A stretch of DNA of 55,679 nucleotides from the NCBI GenBank assembly GCA_000934665.2, contig KZ538152.1, positions 62,001 to 117,679 on the forward strand, in the 5' to 3' direction. Positions 25,609-38,533 of the stretch are shown here, piece after piece. This DNA comes from Catajapyx aquilonaris. Taxonomy: Eukaryota. The translations under genes were made by a program, and so were the position numbers. How positions within the stretch are numbered: position 1 is the first letter of the stretch; each line of letters opens with the position of its first letter. The notes under the pieces are model-generated. The model had not been told where the DNA came from, did no database searches, and was given only the letters and a program-made list of their open reading frames with translations.

Positions 25609-28600
25609 TATTATTTACCTCTGTGGAAACTATGTATTGAATTTATTTATTGAAATGAATGGGCCCAGTACATCTGGATAATGGCAGTAATATGTGTATA
25701 CAGTAGGCCCTATACATACGTTCTAGTCATATTTGCGTTAACTTAAAAGTTGCTGACATGCTTCATTTTAATTGAGAGAAAAGTTTAGCCTACAATGCCT
25801 TATTTTGGCATACTTCGAAAAGTGATGATGTGCCTTCGGCAAGTGAAGGGTATTTTGGGAGTGCCTAAAGGACAACAAACTCCAAGTCCATCCATGCTGT
25901 ATAGCGTGATGATTGCTGACTTTGTGTGCAGCCCCATGCTGATATAGGTGTCCTGCAGGGCAGGATACACGGTGCGGCACCTTCCTGCAGCATCATATAT
26001 AGCGGAGATTCTGAGGGGTGAATGAGTGCGTATCCGAATGGACCGGCTCCTTTTGTGTGCGAACATGCACTACCCTCAAGTGGGACATCCATCAGGACTT
26101 TCTTGTGCGGAACGGGCGGGCATTGCGGCACATGTATACTTGGTAAGCCGCCACATGCCTCATGAAATTGATTAATGGCTTTTCCTTGTTGTTGATGTAC
26201 CATTAAATTGGCGCCACGGCGCGGCCTCGGCTTTTGCAACTAAACGTGGCAGTAATAGGCAGAAAAGCAGCCGAAGCGATCTCCTGCAGCCTGATAGAGT
26301 CGATTCTTCAACGCCATAAACTCACTTTCCATTAGGTTGGGATGACGTCTCATGTCATTATTGGGCTTGCTTAACAATCCTCCGGGGCAGGGCTGTGTTG
26401 CGGTAAATGTGTTCAAAAATTTCCAGCATCCTATATGAATCGGCCTGTTTTGGACTGAATGGGACGTCACTTGTGACGAATTCATGTGGCTTCTCCGCCC
26501 TTGTTAATAGCAAGTTGCAAACTCACGTGATCCACATAAAGGGCGCACGATCTACGCCATAAGAAGCGCAGTTATCGACATAATCGTCTTATACATCGTG
26601 CTTCGGTTCATTATTTTACAATCTCATTTCCATGTCACATGGGCCGAAACGCATTGCCCACTTGGTCCCATTAGGTAGTATTGATACCAGAACTTGCTTC
26701 CTTTGTAATTGACTAAATGAACGAAACTGGTTCCCAACTGCTCTTGTTTGTGACATACTGACATTCGTAACATATAGAAGAAGGGAGTTAGCAGGTCTGG
26801 GTGTCGTTACTTATATGAAGGAAGAACTGGGCTGAGACATGTGGTATGTACCTGCACGTAAAAGGAACATAAAAGCAGCATGGCTGTCTTTGCTGACCAC
26901 CCTGCGTTTGACACGGAAAGGTGAGGGACTTCTGGCCGAGAAGGTCGATCCGAAGAGATAAAGCATGGTGTGACAAATGAAGGCGGCGCAGCACATGTAC
27001 ACCTTATCATGAGAGTATGATTTACAAGGCGTCCGCGCTGACAATGTTGACGAAACCAGCTCCTTTTGTAGCCTGCTCAGTAAACGTTCGTTTAGATCAG
27101 GGATTGTGATTGCTGTGCCAGAAATTCGGGTTGTCTTTTTTCCTCCTGAGGCCTGCACTTACCTTCGGCCGTAAAAAGAGTTTCGTCTGTCAGACGGTGC
27201 CAGCTTTATGTCTTTTCCTTCTTGCACGTTACAGTCAGTCAGTGTAGAGACCATGCATGCTTTGGGCGGCACGACGACCTCCTTGTGGTCCATCGAACCA
27301 GTACTTCCTGTTGACAGAACAGATCGCCGACCTACATTAAAATCTAAACCTTTATGATGACCAGCAGACAGCGTCTCCACATTCATCAAAGCTTTCACAC
27401 TCGGAGATACTCCCGACCGAAGCCATTATTGGGGCACTAGGTTGCGGGAGTGTCATTGCCACACTTTGGATCCTACCGATTGGAAGATTGCGACAAACTC
27501 CTGCTTAAGAATGAGGGAGGGGAGGGGGGGGGGTCACTTTCGTCATGCATGCTTTATTCCAACAAAGATTTACAATGCACAAATCCACAAAGGCGATTAT
27601 GACTCGGCTGCTGCGATGATTAAGTAATTTTGTATTCGAATGACGACAGCGTTATATGGTGTCTGGGTTTATGTTTACTTAATTGGCGCCTTGCTTTATA
27701 GCAGACTCAACATAGGCTTGAAATGGTGTAGGAGGGAATAACGGGTATGTTCACGGCTGCCCAGTGGGGCATTGAAAAATATTGGAATCGTTTCATGTTC
27801 GCCCATTGCCAATGGACGCGATAACATCTCTGATGGCATAGGGTGTACCGCGGAGAGCAACAATAGCAGGAAATGACGTATATAATTGCATAGCCAGTTG
27901 GTACCCAGACCGACATAAGGGGATGTTATGAAATTCTACTCCAAATATAATTTTGATCTTCCGATTTATTGTGAGCGGGGATGACCTAACTTTGTGACGG
28001 AGAGGGCTTGAATACAAATAAGAATGTCACGAGAGACCAGTCGAGTAAGATATTGTGTTATTATAAGAGGGGCAAAATTAGAAACTGAGCGGAGAAAGTG
28101 GTTCAGGGCTAGGCTTATATTGTATGAATTTGATCGATGACAGTAGTCACACACATTGCGCTATGTAATCTTGACTAATTTTAACAGGAGACAATAATAC
28201 AGTATGTGACTTTTGCGGTATTGGCAGATGGACAATGATGGCAAGTGTTCTTCAGTAGTAATGGAAGCATCTTGTGGCCGGGTCATGAATTTCATCAGTA
28301 TACAGTTTTGTTAAGTGGGCAACAACTACTGACGATTTTAGTTTACACCGGATTTATGGGATTTATGCAGGGATTTACATAGGGAATTGTGCAGGGGTGT
28401 ATACTGTACAGGGCGAAGTGTACACCGGATGTACTGTACAATGCGTAGTTGTTACCTCCTCGAGCACCCCTCGAGTTGCGTACGCAGCATGTATGTGTAA
28501 ATAATTTTGAAATAATTACAGCAGGGTGTGAATTTCCATATTATCGTCTAGGTAGGAGATATATCACTCACGCCTGGTAGATAAGATTTCAAAACATTCC

Positions 28601-30717
28601 GGGTACTCCGCACGGTGTGTATGATGTGACCATGCAAATTAACCATACCATATTTAATTATTATATTCCTCAAACTCTGCGGCATAATTTAGTTGTACCC
28701 GTCTGCACGATTCGTGCATTGCTCTGTACTTTAAAAATGGTTCAGCAGTAATCTAAATATTCGGTCATATAAACGCCAACACTGTTTCATAATACATATT
28801 ATAGGTTTCCTAAAAATATCCGCTGCAAAAGAAAGTTTATAAGTTATTCAAATCACCAAATCTTGGGTTATCCCTATTGGTCTCCCCCCCCCCCCCNCCC
28901 CCCCCCCCCAAGAAATGCCAGCATCCTGTTTCTGTAGAAATACAGCACGTGTAGAATCCGAGACGATCCGTGCTGCAGTAGTCTTGAACTCGAACATCTC
29001 TGGGGTGGGTCTTTCTCCACACTTTGGGATGCGGCCCATGCATGTGCGAGTACATGTGTGGTGTGGACCTGTAAATCCAATCCGTGGAGTCGTATGTTGG
29101 GGGCCTTGACCCTGCCTGGAAGCAGCAGAGGAGGTAGAGGTGGAGGTGGATGGAAGGCTGGTCTGTCTGGCGCCTGCCACTACGCATGACTCAGCCGCCT
29201 CCCATAAAAGAAAAAGACGAAGAAGGAGGAGGAGGAGGGGAAGAAGAAGAAGAAGGTCCCGTCACACGAGGCTTGTCAATTGCTAAGGGAACTGACTGGT
29301 GGGTAGGTGGTGGGCACCAAATGCGAACATCATGAGCAGATCGTACTCTGTTGGTCGTCAAGTGTCGAAGTCCACAGACGGCCTCCGTGTTGCATCGGTG
29401 GTACGCCCCTGTTAGCTAATTTACGACCGTTGTTCGAAACGAAACCGGGGCGATTTGTTGGGGACATGACATATTGTTGGGCAGGTCACAATAATCCTTC
29501 CTGATGGGGCGTTACCACCAGTGCGAACCACCGGTCGCATCTCGCTAGTACAATTTTCGGCCTGCTCCGCAAGCGCGTGGGGTATGGTAATGCAAAAAGG
29601 TTGGACAACTAAGCACAATTTTGAGAGGCTTGTTTGGTCCTTTGTCGGCTGTTGGCTGAGTCATAGCATCCACCTTCCTTTTTGCCCTCAACTCTCCACC
29701 TTTGCCCACGCACTACCCACCCCCACCCTCCCTTCTCTCTCTACCCCCCCCCCCCACACANNNNNNCCAGCCTGATTAGCATGTCTTTCTTTCGTGCTCC
29801 GTAGGCCCTTCCTTCATATTACAAGTGGGGGTGCGCATCGGTCTCCATTCGATACGTCTGTTGATTTGCAAAAGGTCTTTGCAATTGTGTATAATTGTCT
29901 GGTTGTTATTGTTGGTTGGCAACTAAACAGGTCCTCATAATGGATCACAGGATGGTCATGAACCCTGGACGCCATCTGACCTCTGCAGGGTTCTTGCACC
30001 GAAAGAGTTATTTACTTGCACGTTTCTGGTTTATGAAAATATACCGTACTTACCCTGATGCAAGTATCATTTAAATTACAAGTGCAAAGCAACATGTTAA
30101 ATGCAAATGCTGACAGAAATCAATATTCAGGGCCGTTATCAGGGATCATAGTTTAGTTGCCAAATAAGGACTCTTTGCGAGAGTGGCTATTTATCTCATG
30201 TTGACCAATTTGGGATAGTCGAGTCGTGGTCTTCAAACAGTGGTGTTATCCTTCAAGTTTGCAAAATGCAGTGTCTGGAAAACAATCACAGAGTAATAAT
30301 GGCTCGCATTATAGACAATTTTGTGCGACGCAAGACCTCCACAGACTTGCAATTTACGTTGTGGAGTGTATGTTTAACCGAAAAAGTTATAAACCATTGT
30401 CTGTAATAACAGGGTTGTCTCTTATTTATTCACGTGATTGACAGGAACTTGGCTTGTTACATCACAGCATTGTGACAACCGTAGTGACTACTTATCGCGA
30501 GGAGTGTGCACTGCACGCAGAAATGGCTTGCGGTATATTGTAGATGCTTATGTAAAAGTCGCAGAGCACAGTACAAAGTGGTTTTAAAGTAATATTAAGT
30601 TAGATAATGGCAATGGAGATGAATTCGTTGAGTGAAAGAATATAGGGAAGCATTCCCTCAGGATGATTGGATTGAGACAAACTTCAAGGTCCGTAAATAT
30701 AATCTATATAAATAAAT

Positions 30718-30987
30718 TATTAATAATAATGGTTACCCCGTGATAGGCCTCCTTGGGCCTTTTAGGGGATCTTCTTTTCATTCACCGACTTTATTCATTT
30801 GCCTGTCCTGTGGGATGGGTTTTGAATGTGGGAGGAAACGGGAGAACCCCGAGAAAACCCACGCGAACACGGAGAGAACCCATCGAAACTCTATCCACAT
30901 AAGCATCCTCTGTCCGATCCGGAGATCGAACTCGGGACCTTATAGATGGAAGGCTGTGATGCTAACCACTACGCCACCGTGTCGCCC
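30718..30987 (-). mobile_element. tRNA-derived SINE, family 2, with V-SINE-like central domain
   Basis: Minus strand: GGGCGACACGGTGGCGTAGTGGTTAGC (A-box), GAGTTCGATCTCC (B-box), then GTTCTCTCCGTGTTCGCGTGGGTTTTCTCGGGGTTCTCCCGTTTCCTCCCACA (resembles the V-domain), a 3' stem-loop and a short (ATT)n tail. Confidence 0.8.
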
Positions 30988-33900
30988 ATTAAATATACCA
31001 GTAATTAATGTGATACATGAATAAATGAACTTGACGTCATCCATTCTGACTGTCTGACGAGCCAATTGGCTAATTTCCGGACCAACTGCTATATTATAAA
31101 ACCAGTCAATATGCTAATAATGCTCATAGATATTGGAAATAAATAGGACATGCCCCAAATGAAAGTCGTCCAATTTTTACTTATCCTGATAGTGATTTCC
31201 ACATTAAAATTCTTAATTGCTTATTTTAGACCTATCTCACTAACCCATAATGATATTTATCAAATGTCAATCCGTAGTAAATTATACTATATTTACCCCA
31301 GCAGGCAACAGATCTATACATTTGAGTGAAGATCCGATGCGATGATCAGTTTTCCAATATTCCAGGATAACTGTCTTACACCATTAAACGTTATTTAGAT
31401 TACATTCAGAGCTAGTCAAGGGAAAATCGGCGATATATTGGCAATTGATAGCCATGTTTTTTTCTTAATATGAATTGATACCGCCACGCCTCAGAAGCCG
31501 GGCTGAGGATATAAAAGGTACCAAAGCTTCAACTTACAGAGTAGTGCTATTAATGTCCCCTACTTGATATTCAAAAATTGTGCCGCGCAGAAGTGTCACA
31601 TACTGCGTCACCCTGTTGATTAATTTTCGACCATATCTGAAATGGCAACTTTAAAAAAAAACCTACCCTGGCTCCACTTCCTCCCCTTTACTACAAAAGG
31701 CAAGATCTGATTTTTATACTCACCTCCTCTCCCTTTCACTACCACTCTTATCCCCATCCTGATGCACATAGGATGTTGCTGTGTGTGGCACGTACGTGTT
31801 ACGCAGAAGAGTACACAACTTGTTTACCGGGTGCTGTATATCCTTTTATGGCTTGCGAGATGGATAGATGAACGGACTGACGGATTCGGACACCGCTCAA
31901 ATGGCTCTTTGTACCACCTTCCTCATCTAGCTTCTAGTTGATCCTTGGGGCTCATTTGCATAATTTCATCCACGTAGCTTCAGGGATCCTTGACCCATTA
32001 TTTGTCACACTGACCGCTTTCACCGATAGGGGAACATCATTATGTGTTTATGAGCGGTGAGACGTCGTCGGTCTCTTTGTCAGGAGGCTGACTAAATTTC
32101 ACCTAATGTCTGATTTTTTAATATTCTTCTTCTATTGCGGGGGCTCGAATGAAGAGATGTGCTTGCACATGCGAAAGTATATGGATGCATAAACAAGCAA
32201 GTGAAAGTGGATATCAGGAGGAGTAGGAAAAAAAAAAGGATGGCCTTTTCGTTGACATCTGCATACCCAAAGGTCACAAAGTCGACATTGAATCATGTAG
32301 CGTAGGGTCATGCAGGTCAGCCCAACAAATTCTTTCAGGTTGAGCAAGCTTAGGGTGACATTTTTTTTTCGCCAGATTTAGGGGAAGGGGGTGAGGAATA
32401 AAGTTCCGTACGGTAGATGGTAACTGTTATGAATCCAAGTATTTGCTACGGCTTCGCTCGGTTGGTGAGTTTGCCGGCGAAAAGCATTGTAGGAGACTAG
32501 CGGATAATAATGTATGAGCCTCCTTCCTCCATCTTTAAACCACTATTTTGACAATTTATTGTATTGTCAGCTGGTCAGAGCATATGTATAACCCAACTAT
32601 TTCCCCCTGATATTGTATATTGCAGTACCTTGAGTTACATACAATTAGGTTAGGCTGTAGAATTTGATGCTCTCATGCTTAAGCGTGCGTAACTCATGAA
32701 AATTCAATTTAGTTTTTTTTTGTCGAGATACCGTAACGGTTTTGCCGCGGTCTCTTTTTTTGTCTCACATTGATATGGTGACACTGCGTACGAAAAAAAT
32801 AGTAATAACTTCGCAGTTGTGTACAGCCCAGCAGCTATGTTGAATTCTAAGCTGTGTTATTAGGAAAATGGAAATTATAAATTTGAAATATTGCGAATTT
32901 ATGGCATGTTTCGGAAGGTTCGGTAAAAGTGTGTAGGCTGAACCCACACGCATATGTGCATGTACCGAATATACGTTACCGACAATACGAGGGGCCATGC
33001 TGACACATTTTATTCCGGTCACGGACAACTTCTTGACCCCTCTTGTCGTAAAAAGTTGGGTTTATCACCCGCGTTCAATTTGCCTGGGTGGAGAAGACCC
33101 AGCTTCAGATTCTCTTTTTTACCTTTGATTTTTTTCCCCCCCTCCTCCCTTTACAATATTTTATTATCCGTTTGCTGCACTTCTACCCGATCACGTATGA
33201 GATTAGCCGTGGTATGTTCCTGAACTAATGGCATGCCATTAAATTGAATCATTAGTGGTGTAATACTCACAACAAACGAAGGAAATTGAATAATACTGAT
33301 GAGATTCCACAAGCCGTAATCTCTAATCGGTGCACAATTTCCTCGTGATTTTAATTGAGAGATTCTGATTTGTTAACATGGCATATAGACTCTCGCATAC
33401 TTCATTTGCCGCTACTAATTAGGGTCATTAGGGATACTTTGGCTGAGTATTCCACGCAAGCAACTAACCTACCTGACTTGTTCAAGTCATCAAGACGTAC
33501 TCTAATTGCAGGGCTTCCAGTGTCCACACTTATTTATCCGACGTTTAGATCCTTAAAATTTGACGTGTACGTTTTCAATCTCTGTTATAATAGAGGCAGC
33601 TTGAATATTTATTGCTGGCTGATCCTCATCTTTATAATTTGTGAAACTCAATTTATTGAGTCGAATAATTTCGCACCTGCATAGTAATATTTTGGCACGA
33701 AACTGCCTTCTTAACTCTGATTGGAAGGCTACATCTTAATTTCTTACATCGTGGCAGTCAGAGCCTCCAGCATGCGGATCCGTTACTAATTTCACCAGTT
33801 CATGCATAAGGCTAAAAAATAATACAAATCTTTAGTCCTAACAATAATTCGAACAAGCTTGATTGCTACATTTAGTGAAATTCTATTATTCAAAATCAGT

Positions 33901-36900
33901 GTAACGCGTACGTTAAATGTACGTATACAGTGTGTTCCAGGTCCTTTTAGCTAAAAAAAAAAAAAAAATGCCCCAATACTTGGAACACTGTATACAGTAT
34001 ATGCTGTGAATGAAATTACAAGTGTATTCAAGTAGCTGAAAAAGTGTACACTTTCTGTGTAGGCCACACCGCTCAGAGTATATAGACAACACTGTCCCCC
34101 TGACCTTTCCTTCTGACAGTTGTACATACGAAACGTGACCTGGCTGCACTTACACAACCTTTCATATCCTCTGTATATACGTATATCTTCGATCTGGAAA
34201 TTAGATTCGTAACACGTTCGCTTTCCCTTTGTCGCCTATTTCTTACTGGATTTCCCCCCTCCTCCCCTTCCTTCATATATCTTGAGAGTGTGGATTGGCA
34301 ACTGATTGAAAATGAGTGACTGACTTTCACCTTTATCCAGGCCGAAAGAGATTCACTTCCCCCAGTCAGAAAAAAATAAATAATGCGCAATGGACTTATG
34401 TCTTCGCGTGGTCGTGCTCATATTTTTCCGCGATAAGATATGCCCTCGATCCGAAAAGTATAACAAGAGTGTAGAAGGATAGCCTGCTCCATTTCATATG
34501 GAATCAGATAAGACTGCTCTAGTGACTTGTGGAAATGCGTGCCTCCGCTAAGCATGCTCATGCCTTACGGCCATCTTGCTTTTCCATAGCTGCAGAGCGT
34601 AGCATGGATGGATGATGGTGCAGTCACTAACCTCATAAACGGGTATAGGCATCCGTATCGAATGGCGGGCCAAATGAGCTGCGCGGGGTATTTATATTTC
34701 TAACTGTCGGCGTTTATATGGCTCCAAGAGGAGTGGGCCAAGCAGACCATCAAAACGTCGACATGGTTAATTGTTGATCAGTATTATTATGAACTATTAA
34801 ATGTCGTCGCAAGTATCAGATGGGAGAAATTAAAGGGCGGTTTCCAAAATACGTGTTTCTTATACAGTAAGCTACTGTCCTGTTAGCCTTTCAATAGAGC
34901 TGTGTCCGCTCTACAGTGGCTTACCGGCATGTCGAACGTCACACTGAACATATGGGACGATATCGGTAGTCGTGTCTACCCATGTCGTCGCCTTAAGAAC
35001 ATAAGTTTCCATCCATCGAAGAAGAATTTTCATTAAGGTAGAACCTACCTTGTCCTGTTAAAGTGACGATATATGTACGCATTTTTGGTATTCACCGAAT
35101 GGATTCTAAATACTCACGCCGCACAGAGAACATGTCGACACCGTCCACATCAGCGTCACTTTGATATATCGATATTTGATGGTGCAATGCAGTATACGTT
35201 AATATTTTATAATTAGTAAGCCCGCATGATGATGGCCATAAGTCAGTGTAGTTGTAGATGCACGTTCATGCGTCGGTATGATGACCGGTAGAGCCCCATC
35301 CAGCCGAGTTGAGCAATGCATCTTGCAATGATGCCCTACCTACCTATGTATCTACCCTGGCTGGAACCTGTCTGGAAAGCAGGCAGGTTTGCTCAAAAAA
35401 AGTGGCCCGGCGTTAGTTGTCCTGCCCCCCGAGTGGGAAGAGGGGGATTTAATATCCATTGGCGACAGGATGGTGCAAAGGAGGTGGTCCACTACTTTCC
35501 GGTAATGATCCTTCAGGTGATGCAGCCCTGCTATATGGGCTCCATCCCACCCCCCTCATCGCAGCCATGAATGAAGCATGCTGTAACTCACGCTCCATCC
35601 GCCATCACTTATTTTTCATCCACCAGCCGCCATTTTGGACGGAATAAAATATCTACTTGTGCACCCCCTCTTCCTGTGAGAGACAATAAGCTGGGCTGGG
35701 CCATTTAATCTGCTCATGAATGCTGTTGAGGTGTGTGAGTGAGTAGGAAGAGGCCCCTCCTTCTTTAGGTAGGCATACACTTAAATGAAAGAATAGAGGC
35801 GCCACCTGTCACTGACCTCCTCCCCATACTCCCACTCCCATTTTGACCGAAGGAAAACAAAGTACGTTGCACGTGACTCATCGGAGGATCCCCTGGATGA
35901 TGATTAGTATGAATGTATTCCTACTGGGAGGAATTATATGGGGGAATTGCAAATTGGCAGGGGTTTTTGAATTTTTAGGGAAATGCTTTTCCGGTTTGCT
36001 TCTGGCGCAGGTGCGGTCGCTTACACGATCAGGACTTTTTTCCGCATTTTTATGTTGCTTGGAGTCGTCATGCAATCTAGGGCTAATCCACTGGAATGGC
36101 ACAGCCGAGTCAAATATTGTTATTATCCATTGATATTGCAGCAAGGTTAAATCTCGGAACCAGGTTTTGCCCTATAAGTGCAGAGCAATTATCTTAGTAA
36201 TGAGTAAATCTGATATATAGGGTAAACGCTATGCCTGAAGGAAGTCATATAACGCGGCAATATAGCAAGATATCCTGTAGATAAAGCTTGATAACAAGAT
36301 CAAATTCTTCACAAATTCAGTGTAGTATACACTTCAGAAAATGTTCGGATGTCAATGATCAGAAAAATGCTAACTACACCAGTTTTTTCTCAGCTGTCAG
36401 CAACACGTGTTGTTTGTATACGCTTGCATGTGTGTAGCGGTATCTAGCGTTGCATGACAAAAAGATGCGACACAGAAAAAGCCTGCAATCCTTCCCCGTA
36501 CAGGCATGTTTTTTTGTTGTTGTTTTTTAGTTTGTTACAAACTTATCTACTGGTGACCTGTATAGGGGTGTCTCCTTGATGACAAAATATTTTCCACCGC
36601 TTGTGAAGTAAGTGAAGGATTACTGCATGATTATACTAAATTAGGCCCCCCTTTTTTTGTCCTTCATGGCGGATGGTAGGTCTTCTCCCCCGAACAGTGA
36701 GTTACCTGAATTAGTTTATCACGCATTCCTGCTGATCGTGGCAGGGGAAAACCCACTCTCCATTTTCAGGCACTCAAAACTGGTTTACTATTCCAAAACA
36801 CCCCAAATCGACAGTCGATATTTGGCTCTATTTTGATATATCGCATCCGCGAGAACCAAACTGCAAAAGAATACAAGCTTGGCAGTGAGAGTACTTCTCA

Positions 36901-37084
36901 TAGGCTTTAGAAAATACGGTTACACGTTTCGAAAAATGCCATTGCACAACTATATAATGGTGTATGGAATTGGCCACTAGCAATTAAGTTTTATCCACCT
37001 ATTTTTCTCTACTGGAAATTGGGTTGTAGGAGTAAGGATATATGGAAGGGAGGAAGCGGATGTGTTATGTGAAAACGAAACACT

Positions 37085-37200
37085 TCAGGAATTTCTGTAG
37101 CGGGACAAGGAAAAACACTCCAAAAGCCCTGGTAAAGATAGTTGGCCCAGGGATTCGAACCCAGAACCATTTGAAGGACAGTCTACGCATGATCCATTAA
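37085..37200 (-). mobile_element. Decayed tRNA-SINE fragment
   Basis: B-box-like GGGTTCGAATCCC on the minus strand (37150-37162), next to a gggacaaggaaaaacactccaaaagccctggtaaagatag segment reminiscent of insect SINE bodies. Confidence 0.35.
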
Positions 37201-38458
37201 ATATGCCATAAACTGGCTAGATAAAGATTGTGTGCATTCCAACAATAGTAGTCTATACAGTAGATTCCGAGGGAAATGAGATCCATATGCCGCAGTTACC
37301 ACTATTTTAACTTTTTTTTGAAATGAGAGTTGATATTCATATCTGACTGAGTACACTGAGTTATTCTATAAAAAATTGGCATAAAGTGAACGTTCGAAGC
37401 ATTTTATTCCTTATACGAACGCTACTATTCAATTTGTGGTGTCGCTCAGTATTATGATGATTTGTGATCGTTAGATTCTGACCTACGGTAAGTCAGGAAA
37501 AAAAGTATAGGTAAACTATAGCTGTAGAGTGTAGACTATAGTTAAAAATTTAACATACAATATGTCACTTTCATGAAATTTTATACATAATTATCGCTGT
37601 CGTGGAAGTATTGAATGCTTCTCTCTGGTAGAAACATAACGTTCTCCTCGTATTTTTCTAATATGTATTTCAGTCCTAAATGGGCGTCAGGTATATTAAT
37701 ACCAACATTTCCTACATCACTCTCATTACCCCTTTATTGATCCATGTTCATGTGATTCTAATCACTTGATGCTAGAGGTGTTTTATTATCATGCAACTAA
37801 CGTAAGTCATTATTTGACTTCCAAAACGAACATTTGGAATTGCTGAAATTCTTGGCAGTCAACAGAAACCTTCCTACGTGCGACACAAATTCAGTTCAGA
37901 TTATTTGATAGTTAGGAAATGTAGGAAATATCCTGCAGGGCATGTCACCAGTCAAGCATGTGATGATATTCCTATCGCAACAGCGAAAAGGTCAAAATTT
38001 AATTGCCGTCGCACGCCGTAACTGCTGTATGCCTTGCAGCCAACAATGATGTACGATAGAGTACAGTACTTTGGCTTTAGAGTAGGCCAAGGGATCGCCC
38101 TGCCTGAAGGAACTCCGGGAGTTATTGACTACCCGATAGAGGCGTCCGCGTCCCATTTTGAAACTGATGTTATCCGCTCCTGTATAAGGCTCCATTGAAC
38201 ATGTGTCGTATAGCACTACAGTATGGCATAAATAACACGCCCCTATTTGAATTACTGGGTAGTGGCTTACGGGCAGAAGTTCTAGACACCTTCCATGCAC
38301 CTCTGCAGCCCTAGTTGCAGAGCTTCAAGGACTCTCGAAGATGAAGTGTATAGTCATACCTACCTGGTGCGAACAATCCATCACTTTGAGCTACCTTTTG
38401 TTGCATTTTATGAACACCCTGCCTAGAGTAATAATTGAGCCTCAACGGTACGTATACA

Positions 38459-38533
38459 TATAAATTCGACTCGCAATTGGCTATATCTGAGCTCGTGGGG
38501 CTCCGAAGTAGCCAAGTGTGAGTCGAGTTTATA
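38459..38533. repeat. ~75-nt imperfect hairpin
   Basis: tataaattcgactcgcaattggcta / tagccaagtgtgagtcgagtttata, plus an inner gagctc-gtg-gggctc stem. Confidence 0.8.
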
